A stretch of 64,000 nucleotides of DNA, taken from Okamejei kenojei (taxonomy: Eukaryota). The position numbers and the translations under genes are program-made. The stretch is from positions 4,092,001 to 4,156,000 of the forward strand of contig CM069160.1 in assembly GCA_035221665.1 (NCBI GenBank), read 5' to 3'. Below, piece after piece: positions 39,947-52,375 of the stretch. How positions within the stretch are numbered: the first letter of the stretch is position 1; each line of letters begins with the position of its first letter. The notes under the pieces were generated by a model. That model was given only the letters and a program-made list of their open reading frames with translations. It was not told the DNA's origin and did no database searches.

Positions 39947-41215
39947 CTATGGAGCGAAGGTAATAACCAACGTTTCGACCGAAACCCTTCTTCAGACTAA
40001 TGTGTGGGGGGGGGGGGGGGGGGGGGAAGAATGGAGACAGGAAGAGGAGGAGCCCGAGGGCTGAGGGAGAGCTGAGAATGGGAGGAGACAGCAAGACCTA
40101 CCGGGAATTGGAGAAGTCAATGTTTATGGCGCTAGGGTGCAAACTGCCAAAGCGGAATATGAGATGCTGCTCCTCCAATTTCCGGTGGTGCTCACTCTGG
40201 CCATGGAGGAGGCCCAGGACAGAAAGGTTGGATTCGGAATGGGAGGAGGAGTTGAAGTGCTGAGACACAGGGTGATCAGGTTGGTTATTGCGGACCGAAC
40301 GGAGGTGTTCGGCGAAATGATCGCCAATGCCAACGCTTGGTCTCACTGATGTAGATCAGCTGACATCTAGAGCAGCGGATGCAATAGATGAGGTTTGAGG
40401 AGATGCAGGTGAACCTCTGTCGCACGTGGAATGACTGCTTGAGTCCTTGAATGGAGTAGAGGGTGGAGGTAAAGCGACAAGTGTAGCATCTCTTGCGGTT
40501 GCAAGTGAAAGTGCCTGGGGAGCCATGATCATATTGAATGGCCATGCAGGCTCGAAGGGCCGAATGGCCTACTTCTGCACCTATTTTCTATGTTTCTATG
40601 TTTCTATGGGAGGTGGTGGTGCGGGAGGGAAGGGAAGAATTGTCCAGGGAGTTCCGGAGGGAATGGCCTTTGCGGAAAGCAGACGGGGGGGAGATGGGAA
40701 GATGTGGCGTGTGGTGGGGTCACGTTGGAGGTGGCGAAACTGGCGGAGGACTATTTGTTGTATGTGACGGCTAGTGGGATGAAAGGTAAGGACCAGGGGG
40801 ACTCTGCCCTTGTTACGAGTGGGGGGGATGGGGAGAGAGAGCAGTGTTACGGGGTATTGACGAGACGCTTGTGCGAGGGGCACCCACGTTCCCTGAAGAA
40901 TGAGGACATTTCCGATGCCCTGGTGTAAAACACCTCATCCTGGGAGCGATGCGGCGTAGACGGATGAATTGGGAGTAGAGGATGGAGTCCTTACAGGAAG
41001 CAGGGTGGGAAGAAGTGTAGTCTAGCTAGCCATGGGAGTCAGTGGGTTTATAATGGATGTCGGTCAGAAGTCTATCACCTGCGATGGAGATAGTGAGGTC
41101 AAGGAATGGTAGGGAAGCGTCGGAAATGGTCCAGGTGTATTTGAGTGCCGGTTGGAAGTCAGTGGTGAAGCCGATGAAGTCAGTCAGTTGTGTGTGGGTG
41201 CAGGAGGTAGCACAA
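39947..41215 (-). mobile_element. Penelope-like element (RT C-terminus, GIY-YIG endonuclease, 3' pLTR), with a CR1 tail inserted at ~40521-40608
   Basis: RNKGRVPLVLTFHP, QRFTCISSNLIYCIRCSRCQLIYISETKR, FAEHLRSV...PVSQHFNS; hammerhead-like motif at 39969-39995. Confidence 0.88.
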
Positions 41216-42760
41216 CATTGCTGATTGCTTAAACCTCAGTTGCGGGTACAACGATTCGAGCGTTCGAGGCGTTTAACACTTAATTCCTCTGACTCACGAA
41301 AACGACGTAACACAATTATAATTAGTAAGAATGAAGGAATGGATATCGATGTAGCAATTAACGGTGACATAGACAGTTAACACATCGTTTTTGTGAGTCA
41401 GAGGAATGAAGTGATGATCGAACGACTCGACTCGAAACGAACGACTACTTATTAAACCCGACATACCTTACAAACCTTGTAATGTGGGGGGAGGGGGACC
41501 GTCCCCCATCTCTGAAAACATGAAGGGGGCACGTCCCGCCTGCACCCCCCCCCCCCCCCCCCGACCCCCGCCCGGGGATTTACACAAATGGATGAAACTA
41601 TAATTAAACTGCGCGTTCCATTGTTTGGAACCTTACACTGTCCGGTCATTCAATCTTCGCCTTTAAACCAACTGCACCATGTTTTAGGGTCGGAATACAA
41701 CGTGCTGAAGGATCTAGGTGGGTCAGGCAGCATCTGTGGGGGGAATTGACAGACTACGATTTCGGACGAGCCTCTCTTTCATACTGATTGGAGTAGGGGG
41801 AGAACGCTACAAAATGAGACGTGGGGCCGGAATAAAGCCTGGCGGGTAATGTGGATAGACACGAGGTGCTGCAGTAACTTGGCGGGTCAGGCAGCATCTC
41901 CAGCGACTCTGGAGAACAAGAGTTGGTGACCTTTCGGGACGTTTTTTTCTGAGGTACAAAGTGCTGGAGTAACTCAGCCGCAGCAGCTCCGAAGAAAAAT
42001 AACAGGTGACGTTTCTTTCAGTCTGAAGAAAAGTTCGGAACCGAAACGTCACATATGTTTTTTCTTCGGAGCTTTTGCCTGACCCGCTGAGTTACTCCAG
42101 CACTTTATGTCTATCTTCGTTAGAAACTAGCTTCTGCAGTTCCTCCCGACACCAGTATTGCGTGGATTCGGGTGAGGGGGAGGGTGCTTGGCAGATGGTT
42201 GAACACAATGAAAAGGGCTAAAGGTGAAAAGGAGACAACATTCTGTTGGGTGTGGAAAGAAGAGGAGTGAAATGTGAAGTCAGAGGGAGGGATGTCGATG
42301 GAAGGGGACATGCGGTGGGGGGAAGTGGGAAGAACGGGTGCCGTATCGGGTTAGCGGCACATGAAAGAGAGGGGGTTACTAGTTAAAATTGGGATATTCA
42401 ATCGTTATAAGGAAAGACACAAAATGCGGGAGTAACTCAGTGGGACAGGCAGCATCTCTGGAGAGAAGGAAAGGGTCACGTTTCCCATTCCTTCTCTCCA
42501 GAGATGCCGCCTGTCCCGCCGAGTTATTCCAGCATCTTGTGTCTATCTTCGGTTTGACCGCGCATCTGCGGTTCCTTGCTACACATCAATCTTCATACCG
42601 TGGTGTACTAGGCTAACCCAGCAGAATATGAGGTGCTGTTCCGCCAGTTTGTGTGTGGCCTCTCTCTTATGGCCAAGGACAGATGTCGGTATGGGAAAGG
42701 GAAGGGCAGATAAATGGCAGGTAATGCAAGAAATTAGGCAACAAGCTTCGATTCAAAGGT

Positions 42761-43662
42761 CTAATTTATTTTTAAAAACCGGACAATAATAATAAATGGA
42801 TATGCTATCACTTTCTTCGCTTCCTCTCGGAACCTCCTCTGGACAAGAGAATAAATACAAGTGTTTGTACAGGAACTCAAATACATTAGCAGAAGCGCTA
42901 TTCTAATCGCAAGATAAAGGGACCTCGGGGCGTTGACCGCAAAACTCTGCGTGACTTCGAAACACAAGTCGAGTATCATAACCGGAGTCCACAGCGCAGT
43001 GAAGCTCCCCGAGATGGCAAATAACAGAATGATTGAAGTCCTCCGGTTTCTGATCTCGGGATCACAGATATTACCGTCCCCGCGGCGCTTCAGGGCGCTG
43101 CGAATTCGACTGACCTGTACAATGTGCCCGACGGTCAGTGAATTTAACAGCAGTACCAGCGGCAGTGGCAGCAGTGGTACCAATAGTTTGGCGAACCATT
43201 TGTACGTCTTCCATGCGGGCGAAGAAGCATATTCTGCAACTGGATGGCAGCCCCATCGTATATCACCGGCAATATAGCTGGGCTCATACCGAAAATAAAC
43301 TGGAATATGGATCAAAAAGCTGCACAAACACACTGTCGTTAGAATCACTGCGGCGGTTCTCTCGGTGCAGTATTTTGATTTTAATTTCTGGCAACAAATG
43401 GCGAAGAAGCGGTCGACTGTGAATGACACTGTGGACCAGACGGAGAATTGTACGCAGGATATTTGTATAAAGGATGTAAGGCGACACGTACAGGTGTATG
43501 CCAGGAATGAATCCGGAAAATGATAGCCGAGGACGTTCCCGACGGTGACATTAAATATACAGACCATTGTGTCCGCGACTGCCATAGTTAGCATGTAACG
43601 GGTGACCACTTTGGAGAGGCCGCACATTCCCCGGGACAGGACCACGAGAGAGAGAACGTTTG
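42761..43662 (-). CDS. GPR139/GPR142-like GPCR gene 2, exon 2 (intact)
   Basis: Open frame with TM1-TM7: SRGMCGLSKVVTRYM, FTVDRFFAICC, SSCTNTCIYSLVQRRFREE; acceptor AG at 43664-43663. Confidence 0.93.
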
Positions 43663-44024
43663 CTGTAACAAGATGACAAGGCAGGTCATGACCAGAGAGA
43701 ACCCCCCAGCATCGAGAACGTGTCTCTGGTCACGGGAACGCTGGGAATAACCTAACCGGGAACATTGTAACTGGTGCAGTCAATATTGCAGGGCCGACAT
43801 CATTGGCTGTGTGAAGGGAACGATGTGGGATATTCAACAACAGGCCAATTGCCTTCATCGATCGGGCATTGGGTCTAAGAGTCAGGTTGTAGCTTCATAG
43901 CTACTTTCTACATCATTGGGGACCCTCGGACTATCTTTGATCAGACACACAACATCTCTGGAGAAAACCAATAGGCATTCCTTCCATTCATTTGCCCTAA
44001 ATGCCGTCTATATCTCTCGTTCCA

Positions 44025-44057
<33 letters not shown>

Positions 44058-44439
44058 ACTCTTAGTCTGAAGAAGGGTCTCGACCCGAAAGTGTCACCTA
44101 TTCCTCCACAGATGCTGCCTGACCCGCCGATTTACTTCAGCTTTTGAGTCTGTCTTCGGTTTAAACCAGCATCTGTAGCTACATATCTTTGATCGGACTT
44201 TACTGGACTTTATCTTGCACTAAACGTTATTCACGGTATTATCTGTGTCATGTATTTGTACACTGCGGATGGCTCGGTATTAATCTTGCATTGACATTCC
44301 GCTGACTGGTTAACACGCAAGAAAGGCTTCATTGTACCTCGCTACACGTGACAAGAAAGTAGACTAAAACTCAAAAGAGGAGATACTCCTGAATACAAAT
44401 AATCTGAAGTAAAGCGACGGTGGCAACAAAATAACTCAC

Positions 44440-44509
44440 CTGGGATACCGATAATTGCAAGAATCTGGTAGCAAATGATGGTCGCATCAGCCGCCTCTGT
44501 TCCCTGCAT
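44440..44509 (-). CDS. GPCR gene 2, exon 1 (MQGTEAADATIICYQILAIIGIP)
   Basis: 70-nt coding exon, G|gtgagt donor, same length and phase as gene 1 exon 1; TATAAA at 44595-44590; total ~323 aa. Confidence 0.85.
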
Positions 44510-44969
44510 TTTATGATGGATAGGAGCAAGATCTCAATATGGCAAAGGTCTACAGATGCCACACTGAAGCGATTCATGGTGCAGCCTGATTTATACATCA
44601 CCCTTCTCCACTGGGACCACAAATTACATTACAGTTCCTCACACTCCAACTCACAAACATCTCCAGTTATTTCCATTTGACTGATCAGTCGGGTCCGCGC
44701 TCGGTCATTGATCCGAGTGACTGCAATAAACAGGATTACTCTGGGCAGTTCCGGACTCACTACTGCGCTGCGTAGACCCGGAGCCCCGGGTTTATCAAAC
44801 CCCCTTTTCATACTTTACCCGCGTAAACACTAACTCTGTTCCACTGTGCCTGCCTCTGTTCATCACGTCCATTTGTATTATTTTAGTAAGCAGACCTGTT
44901 TTTCCGATCCTCTTGCTCAACATTCAAGGGGTGCTTGATTCAGGGTCAAGCGATGACTTCATAAGGTCA

Positions 44970-45600
44970 TGTCATCAGTGATAGGAGCAAAATAAGGCCA
45001 TCCGGCCCATCATGTCTATTCCGCCATTCAATCATGGGTTAGCTATCTCTTCCCCTCAACCCCATTCTCCTGCTTTTTCCCCATAACCCTTGACACCCGT
45101 ACTAATCAAGAATCTATATATCTCTGCTTCAAAAATATCCATTGACATGGCATCCACAGCCTTATGTGGCAATGAAATCCACAGATTCACCACCCTCTGA
45201 CTAAATACATTTGTCTCATCTCCTTTCCACAGGAACATCCTTAAATTCTGAGGCGATGACTTCCAGTCCTAGACTCTCCCACTGGTGGAAGTATCCCCAC
45301 CTCATCCACTCTATCCAAGCCTTTCACCATTCGGTTCATTTCAATGAAGTCCCCCCCCCCCCCCCCCCTTATTCTTCCAAACTCTAGCGAGTACAGGCCC
45401 AGTGCCATCAAACGCTCATCATAGGTTAACCCACTCATTCCTGTGATCATTCTTGTAACCCTCCTCTGGATTCTGTCCAGAGCCAGCGCATCATATATGG
45501 TGCCCTAAATTGCTCACAATTCTCCAAATGCGGCCCTTATAAAGCCTCGGCATTACATCCCTGTTTTTTTGCATCCTCGCCCTCTTGAAATAAGTCTTGA
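44970..45600 (-). mobile_element. CR1 LINE 3' fragment
   Basis: LGLYSLEF, FSQRVVNLW motifs; further fragments at 47375-47960 (+), 48150-48510 (-), 48870-49350 (+). Confidence 0.8.
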
Positions 45601-45969
45601 CTTCTTATTGACTTCCAAGGGCAGCAGGATAACATGATTTTATCCCGGCGTCACAGTTGAACCAAATTGATGCCCTCTACCAGTAAAATAACAGCCGACA
45701 AAGGTGCAATTCAGTTGTTCAGAAGCCAACAGAGGAAGGCAGTAATATTGTCATTAAAGGCTGTGTCATGGACAGAGAAATAAATGGTGTGGCAGGTTTA
45801 AATGAAATATGTGTGACTGGTTATAAAGGGGGGGGGGGGGGGTGGAATAGGACCAACCAAATTATATTCTCAAGATTCACCATAAAAAGCATCCTCTTGG
45901 TGTGCATCACCGTTGGGTTTCAAAACTGTGCTGCCCAAGACCAGAAGACATTGTGGAGAGTTGAGGATT

Positions 45970-46513
45970 CAGCCCAGCCCATCACACAGCCCAGCCCATC
46001 ACACAGCCCAGCCCATCACACAGCCCAGCCCATCACACAGCCCAGCCCATCACACAGACCAGTCCATCACACAGCCCAGACCAGTCCATCACACAGACCA
46101 GTCCATCACACAGCCCAACCCATCACACAGACCAGCCCATCACACAGCCCAGTCCATTACAGACCAGTCCATCACACAGCTCTGCCCAGTCCATCACACA
46201 GCCCAGCCCATCACACAGCCCAGCCCATCACACAGCCCAGCCCATCACACAGACCAGTCCATCACACAGCCCAGTCCATCACACAGCCCAGCCCATCACA
46301 CAGCCCAGTGCCCAGCCCATCACACAGCCCAGTCCATTACAGACCAGTCCATCACACAGCCCATCACACAGACCAGCCCATCACACAGACCAGCCCATCA
46401 CACAGACCAGCCCATCACACAGCCCAGTCCATCACACAGACCAGCCCATCACACAGACCAGTCCATCACACAGCCCAGCCCATCACACAGACCAGTCCAT
46501 CACACAGCCCAGC
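45970..46513. repeat. 17-bp minisatellite (CAGCCCAGCCCATCACA)n embedded in a LINE fragment
   Basis: About 30 variant units; both flanks are Rex1-like LINE sequence. Confidence 0.92.
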
Positions 46514-49355
46514 CGCGCCGCCATTAATTCCATCTACACTTCCCGCTGCTCTGGTAAAGGCCCACACACCCTGGTCATTACCTCTTCTCCTCTCTCCCAT
46601 CGCGCTGATGATATAAAAGCTTGAAACCACATACCATCTGATTCAAGAACCTGGCTGTTATCAGATTACTGAATGGTTCTCCTACAAGCTCAGGATATAG
46701 TTCAGTTCTTCCAATCTTCCTTGTTATACCCCTTGAAGCATTCATTTCCAATCTGCGCTTTATTTGTGGCTGTAACATTATATTCTGAATTCAGTTCGCT
46801 TTCTATTTTTGCATTGCTCGTTGTACGGATGTCGGGTACGATTATACTCGTGTAAAGTATGAATGGCATGGGCAATTTGTGAAACAGTATGTCGATACAT
46901 GAGATAATGGTAATCCACTACTAATACCAAGACTGCTCATTGTCGATAAAATATAACTGTTCCACCTCTGCACCATTTTTCTATCCTACACTCCATGTGT
47001 CTTAATTTCTTAGGGCACATAAATCTTCAAATCCCTTTATAGGAATAAACAAGGCCTGAATCTCCAGGGCCTTCCAGGGTAGAGAATTCTGAAGACTTTA
47101 TTTCTCTATCCGTTGCATCTTACAAGGAGAAAGGATTGTTTTCTTATCTTAGTCGTAAATGCCATGCCCAATTTTCTAACACTCTCTCTGACTGGGTCTA
47201 GACTACTCTGCCACAGGAAACATATACCCTACAAACAAACAAACGAGCACCTTCAAAAAGTTCCAAAGAGATCATGTCTTTTTTTTTTAATTGAAGGGAA
47301 TGTAGTGGTCTACTCAACCACTCCTCACTGACCTAACCCACCATTCATACAATCTTATAAATATTCAATTCATTTATTTCAAAAATGGCTAGAATACAAA
47401 ACAGGGATGTAATGTTGAGGCTCTATAAGGTGCTGGTCAAGCCGCATTTGGAATATTGTGAGCATTTTTGGGAACCATATCTGAGGAAGGAAGGATATGC
47501 TGGCTCTGGAGAGGGTCCAGAGGAGGTTTACAAGAATGATCCCAGGAATCAATGGGTTAACATGTGATGAGCGTTTGATGGCACTGAGGTATAGAATGGG
47601 GAACCTCGTTGGTACTTACAAAATAGTGAAAGGCGTGGATGGAGTGGCTCTGGAGAGGCAGTTTCCACTAGTGGGAGAGTCGTGGACTAGAGGTCATAGC
47701 CTCAGAATTAAAGAACATTCCTTTTGGAAGGAAATTAGGAAGAATTTATTTATTTAGAGCGTGGTGAATCTGTGGAATTCTTTGTCACAGAATGCTGTGG
47801 AGGCCAAGAAAAAAAAGGTAGATTCTTGATTAGTACGGGTGTCAGGGGTTATGGGGAGAAGGCAGGAAATGGATTAGGAGGGGGAGATACATCAAACATG
47901 ATTTAACGGCGGAGTAGACCTGATGGGCCGAATGGTCTAATTCTCCTCATATCACTGATGACCATATGACCTTATTCCTTCCCGTACATACACTGTTAGG
48001 TAAGAGATCAAACACTTATGGTTGTCACAGAGCACCAAATAAGGTAGGTAGGGTGGACAGATGGGAACAGTATGGAGGAGTGCGTGGTTGATGAAAGTGG
48101 GTGGAATTTCTCCATTATCAGGGTTCAGAACGGTCTTTCCATAAACAAGGGTAAGTATGATTCCCTATGCATCCATTATTTTTTAAACATTGTGATAATG
48201 CCGGCTTCAACTACCTCCTCTGGCTGCTCGTTCCACACACCCAACTCCCATTGTATGAAAATGTTACCCCTCTGGTTCCCATTAAATCTTTCCCCCCTCA
48301 CCTGAAACCTATATCCTCTGGTTCTCGATTCCCCAAGTCTGGGGAAGAGACTGTGAATCTACCCAATCAATTCCTCTCTTGATTGTGTGCTCTTTGAAAG
48401 GATTACCCCTCATCCTCCTGCGCTCCAAGGAAGAGAGTCCTAGCCTGCTCAACCGCTCCCTATAGCTCAGGTCCTCGAGTCCTGGCAGCCTCCTTGTAAA
48501 TCTTCTCTGCATCCTTCATCTTGCTCCAATGCAAGGCAACTTTCTTCCTCTACACGAGAAAAGTTTCACCATCACTGGAGATACAATGGAGAGAGTGAAA
48601 CTGGGGGAATAAAATCGGCAAATTATAGGAAGCAGTTGGGAGGAGATGAACAGAGAACACAGAAAAGTACAGCACAGAAACAAGCCCATCGACCCACAAT
48701 GTATGTGCCGAACGTGATGCCAACGTAAACTAATTTAATCTGCCTGCACGTGATCCATAGCCCTCCATTCTCCACATATCCATGTGCCTTGTTAAACGCT
48801 TTTTTTAATGTCTCTTTATTGCAGCTATCATATAGTTGAGATAGCTGTGTCTGTCATTGTTAGATTATCACATGGTCGGCTGCTCTGGAAGGTTATTATG
48901 CACGGGATCAAAGGAGAGGTAGCCGAATGAATAGAAAATTGGCTTCTAGCAAGCAAAGGGTAATGGTGGAAGGTTGCTGTGACTAGCTGTGTGACTCAGG
49001 ATTCAGTGCTGGGCCTGTTACTGTTTGTCTTGTATATCAATGATTTGGATGAGAACATACATGGCAAGATTACGAGTCGCAGGTCGACAAGGTGTGCAAA
49101 AAGGCTTTTGGTACATTGGCCTTCAACAGTCTGAGCATTTGAGTATAGAAATGAGGTCATGTTGCAGTTGTATAAGACGTTTGTGAGACCACATTTAGAG
49201 TACAGTGTTCAGTTCTATGTTGCAGGAAAGATGTTGTCAAGCTGGAAATGGTGCACAGATGACTTATGAGGATATTGCCAGGACAGAGAGGATTCACGAG
49301 GATGTTGCCACAACTAGAGGGTTTGACCAAGAGGGGGAGGTTGAGTAGGCCGGTT

Positions 49356-52300
49356 TTAGGTTAGTGACCTAAAATTTGAAAATCCAATATTCATACTTGA
49401 GCCACCTTTCAACATAATTGTAAAAGTGGCAAGAGCATTGTAAAAACAAGCCTGAAGGCTTTGTGTCTCAATGCGAAGAGCGCTCGTAATAAGGTGGATG
49501 AGTTGAATGTGCAGATAGCTATTAATAATTATGATATAGTTGGGATCATGGAGACTTAGCTCCAGGGTGACCAAGGCTGGGAGATGAACATCCAGGGATA
49601 TTCAATATTCAGGAGATATAGACAGAGATGAAAAGGAGGTGGGGTAGCGTTGCTGGTTAGAGAGGAGATTAACGCAATAGAAAGGAAGAACATTAGCTTG
49701 GAGGATGTGGAATCGATATGGGTGGAGCTGCGAAACACTAAGGGGCAGAAATCGCTAGTGGGTGTTGTGTACAGGCCACCTAACAGTAGTAGTGGTGTTG
49801 GGGATGGCATCAAACTGGAAATTAGAAATGCGTGCATCGAAGGTAAAACCGTTATACTGGGTGGCTTCAATCTACATATAGATTGGGTGAATCAAATTGG
49901 CAGGGGGGGGGGGGGGGGGTCTGAGGAAGTGGATTTATTGGAATGTATGCGGGATAGTTATCTAAACAAACATGTAGAGGAACCAATGAGAGAGCAGGCT
50001 ATTCTAGACTGGGTATTGAGTAATGAGGATGGGTTAGTTAGCAGCCTTGTTTTACGTGGCCCCTTGGGCAAGTGACCATCATATGGTTGAGTTCTTCATT
50101 TGGATGGAGAGTGACATTGTTAATTCAGAAACACGGGTCCTGAACTTAAAGAAAGGTAACTTTGAGGGTATGAGACGTGAATTGGCCAAGATAGACTGGC
50201 AATTGATTATTGAAAGGTTGACGGTGGAAATCAGGGAAGGTAGCGCATCCGTGGATAAAAAGGGAAATCAGGGATAGTATCAAAGCAAAAGATGAAGCGT
50301 ACAAATTAGCAGAAAAAGCAGCCTACCAGAGGACTGGGAGAAATTCAGAGACCAACAGAGGAGGACAAAGGGCTTAATTAGGAAAGGGAAAATGGATTAT
50401 GAAAGAAAACTGGCAGGAAACATAAAAACTGACTGCAAACGTTTTTATCGATATGTGAAGCGAAAAAGATGAGTTAAAACAAATGTAGGTCCCTTGCAGT
50501 CAGAAGTAGGTGAATTGATCATGGGGAACAAGGACATGACAGGTCAATTGAATAACTACTTTGGTTCTGTCTTAACTAAGGAAGACATAAATAATTTGCC
50601 GGAAATAGCATGGGATCGTGGGTCAAACGAGAAAATGGTTAGGTAAACTGAATGGATTAAACGCCGATAATTCCCCAGGGCCAGATAGGCTGCATCCCAG
50701 GATACTTAAGGAAGTAGCCCCAGAAATAGCAGATGCCTTAGTGATAATTTTTCAAAACTCTTTAGATTCTGGAGTAGTTCCTGAGGATTGGAGGGTAGCT
50801 AATATAATCCCACTTTTTAAAAAAAAAGGGGGGGGGAGAAAACGGGGAATTAGAGACCAGTTAGTCTAACATCGGTAGTGGGGAAACTGCTAGAGTCAGT
50901 TATTAAAGATGGGATAGCAGCGCATTTGGAAAGTGGTGAAATCATTGGACAAAGTCAGCATGGATTTACGAAGGGTAAATCATGTCTGACGAATCTTATT
51001 GAATTTTTTGAGGATGTAACTAGTAGAGTGGATAAGGGAGAAGCAGTAGATGTGTTATATCTGGACTTTCAGAAGGCTTTCGACAGAGTCCCACACAAGA
51101 GGTTAGTATACAAACTTAAAGCACACGGTATTGGTGGTTCAGTATTGATGTGGATAGAGAACTGGCTGGCAGACAGGAAGCAAAGAGTAGGAGTGAACGG
51201 GTCCTTTTCAGGATGGCAGGCAGTGACTAGTGGGGTGCCGCAAGGCTCAGTGCTGGGACCCCAGCTATTTACAATATATATTAATGATTTGGACGAGGGA
51301 ATTAATGCAACATCTCGAGGTTTGCGTATGACACGAAGCTGGGGGGCAGTGTTAGATGTGAGGAGGATGCTAGGAGGTTGCAAGATGACCTGGATAGACT
51401 GGGTGCATGGGCAAATGCATGGCAGATGCAGTATAATGTGGATAAATGTGAGGTTATCCACTTCGGTGGCAAAAATAGGAAAGTAGACTATTATTTGAAC
51501 GGTGACCAATTAGGAAAAGGGGAGATGCAACGAGACCTAGGTGTCATGGTACACCATTTATTGAAAGTAGGCATGCAGGTGCAGCAGGCTGTGAAGAAAC
51601 CGAATGGTATGTTGGCATTCATAGCAACAGGATTTGAGTACAAGAGCAGGGAGATTCTACTGCAGTTATACAGGGTCCTGGTGAGGCCACACCTGGAGTA
51701 TTGCGTACAATGTTGGTCTCCTAATCTGAGGAAAGACATTCTTGCCATAGAGGGAGTACAGAGAAGGTTCACCAGACTGATTCCTGGGATGGCAGGACTT
51801 CTATATGAAGAAATACTGGATAGACTCGGCCTGTACTCGCTGGAATATAGATGATTGAAGGGGGATCTCATAGAGACTTACAAAATTCTTAAGGAGTTGG
51901 GCAGGCTAGATGCAGGAAGATTGTTCCCGATGTTGGGGAAGTCCAGGACAAGGGGTCACAGATTAAGGATAAGGGGGAAGTCCTTTAGGACAAGATGAGA
52001 AAATCGTTTTTCACACAGAGAGTGGTGAATCTGTGGAATTCTCTGCCACAGAAGGTAGTTGAGGCCAGTTCGTTGGCCATATTTAAGAGGGAGTTGGATG
52101 TGGCCCTCGTGGCTAAAGGGATCAGGGGGTATGGAGAGAAGGCAGGTACAGGATACTGAGTTGGATGATCAGCCATGATCATATTGAATGGCGGTGCAGG
52201 CTCGAAGGGCCGAATGGCCTACTCCTGCACCTATTTTCTATGTTTCTATGTTTCTATACCATTGGGTTGCATGCTACCCAAGCATGCTACTCGATCAGCC

Positions 52301-52375
52301 ATGATCACAATGAATGGTGCTGCTGGCTCGAAGGGCCGAATGGCCTCCTCCTGCACCTATTTTCTATGGTTCTAA
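49356..52375 (+). mobile_element. CR1 LINE, most of ORF2 (APE endonuclease + RT), disrupted, with duplicated 3' tail
   Basis: GVVYRPP, LGGFN, ILDWVL, SDH (endonuclease); SPGPD, QHGF, GVPQGSVLGP (RT); two (TTTCTATG) tails at ~52240 and ~52360. Confidence 0.93.

Noticed and set aside
45768-46616. 282-aa and 204-aa Pro/Ser/His-rich ORFs
   Set aside because: Translation of the 17-bp minisatellite; no splice or domain support
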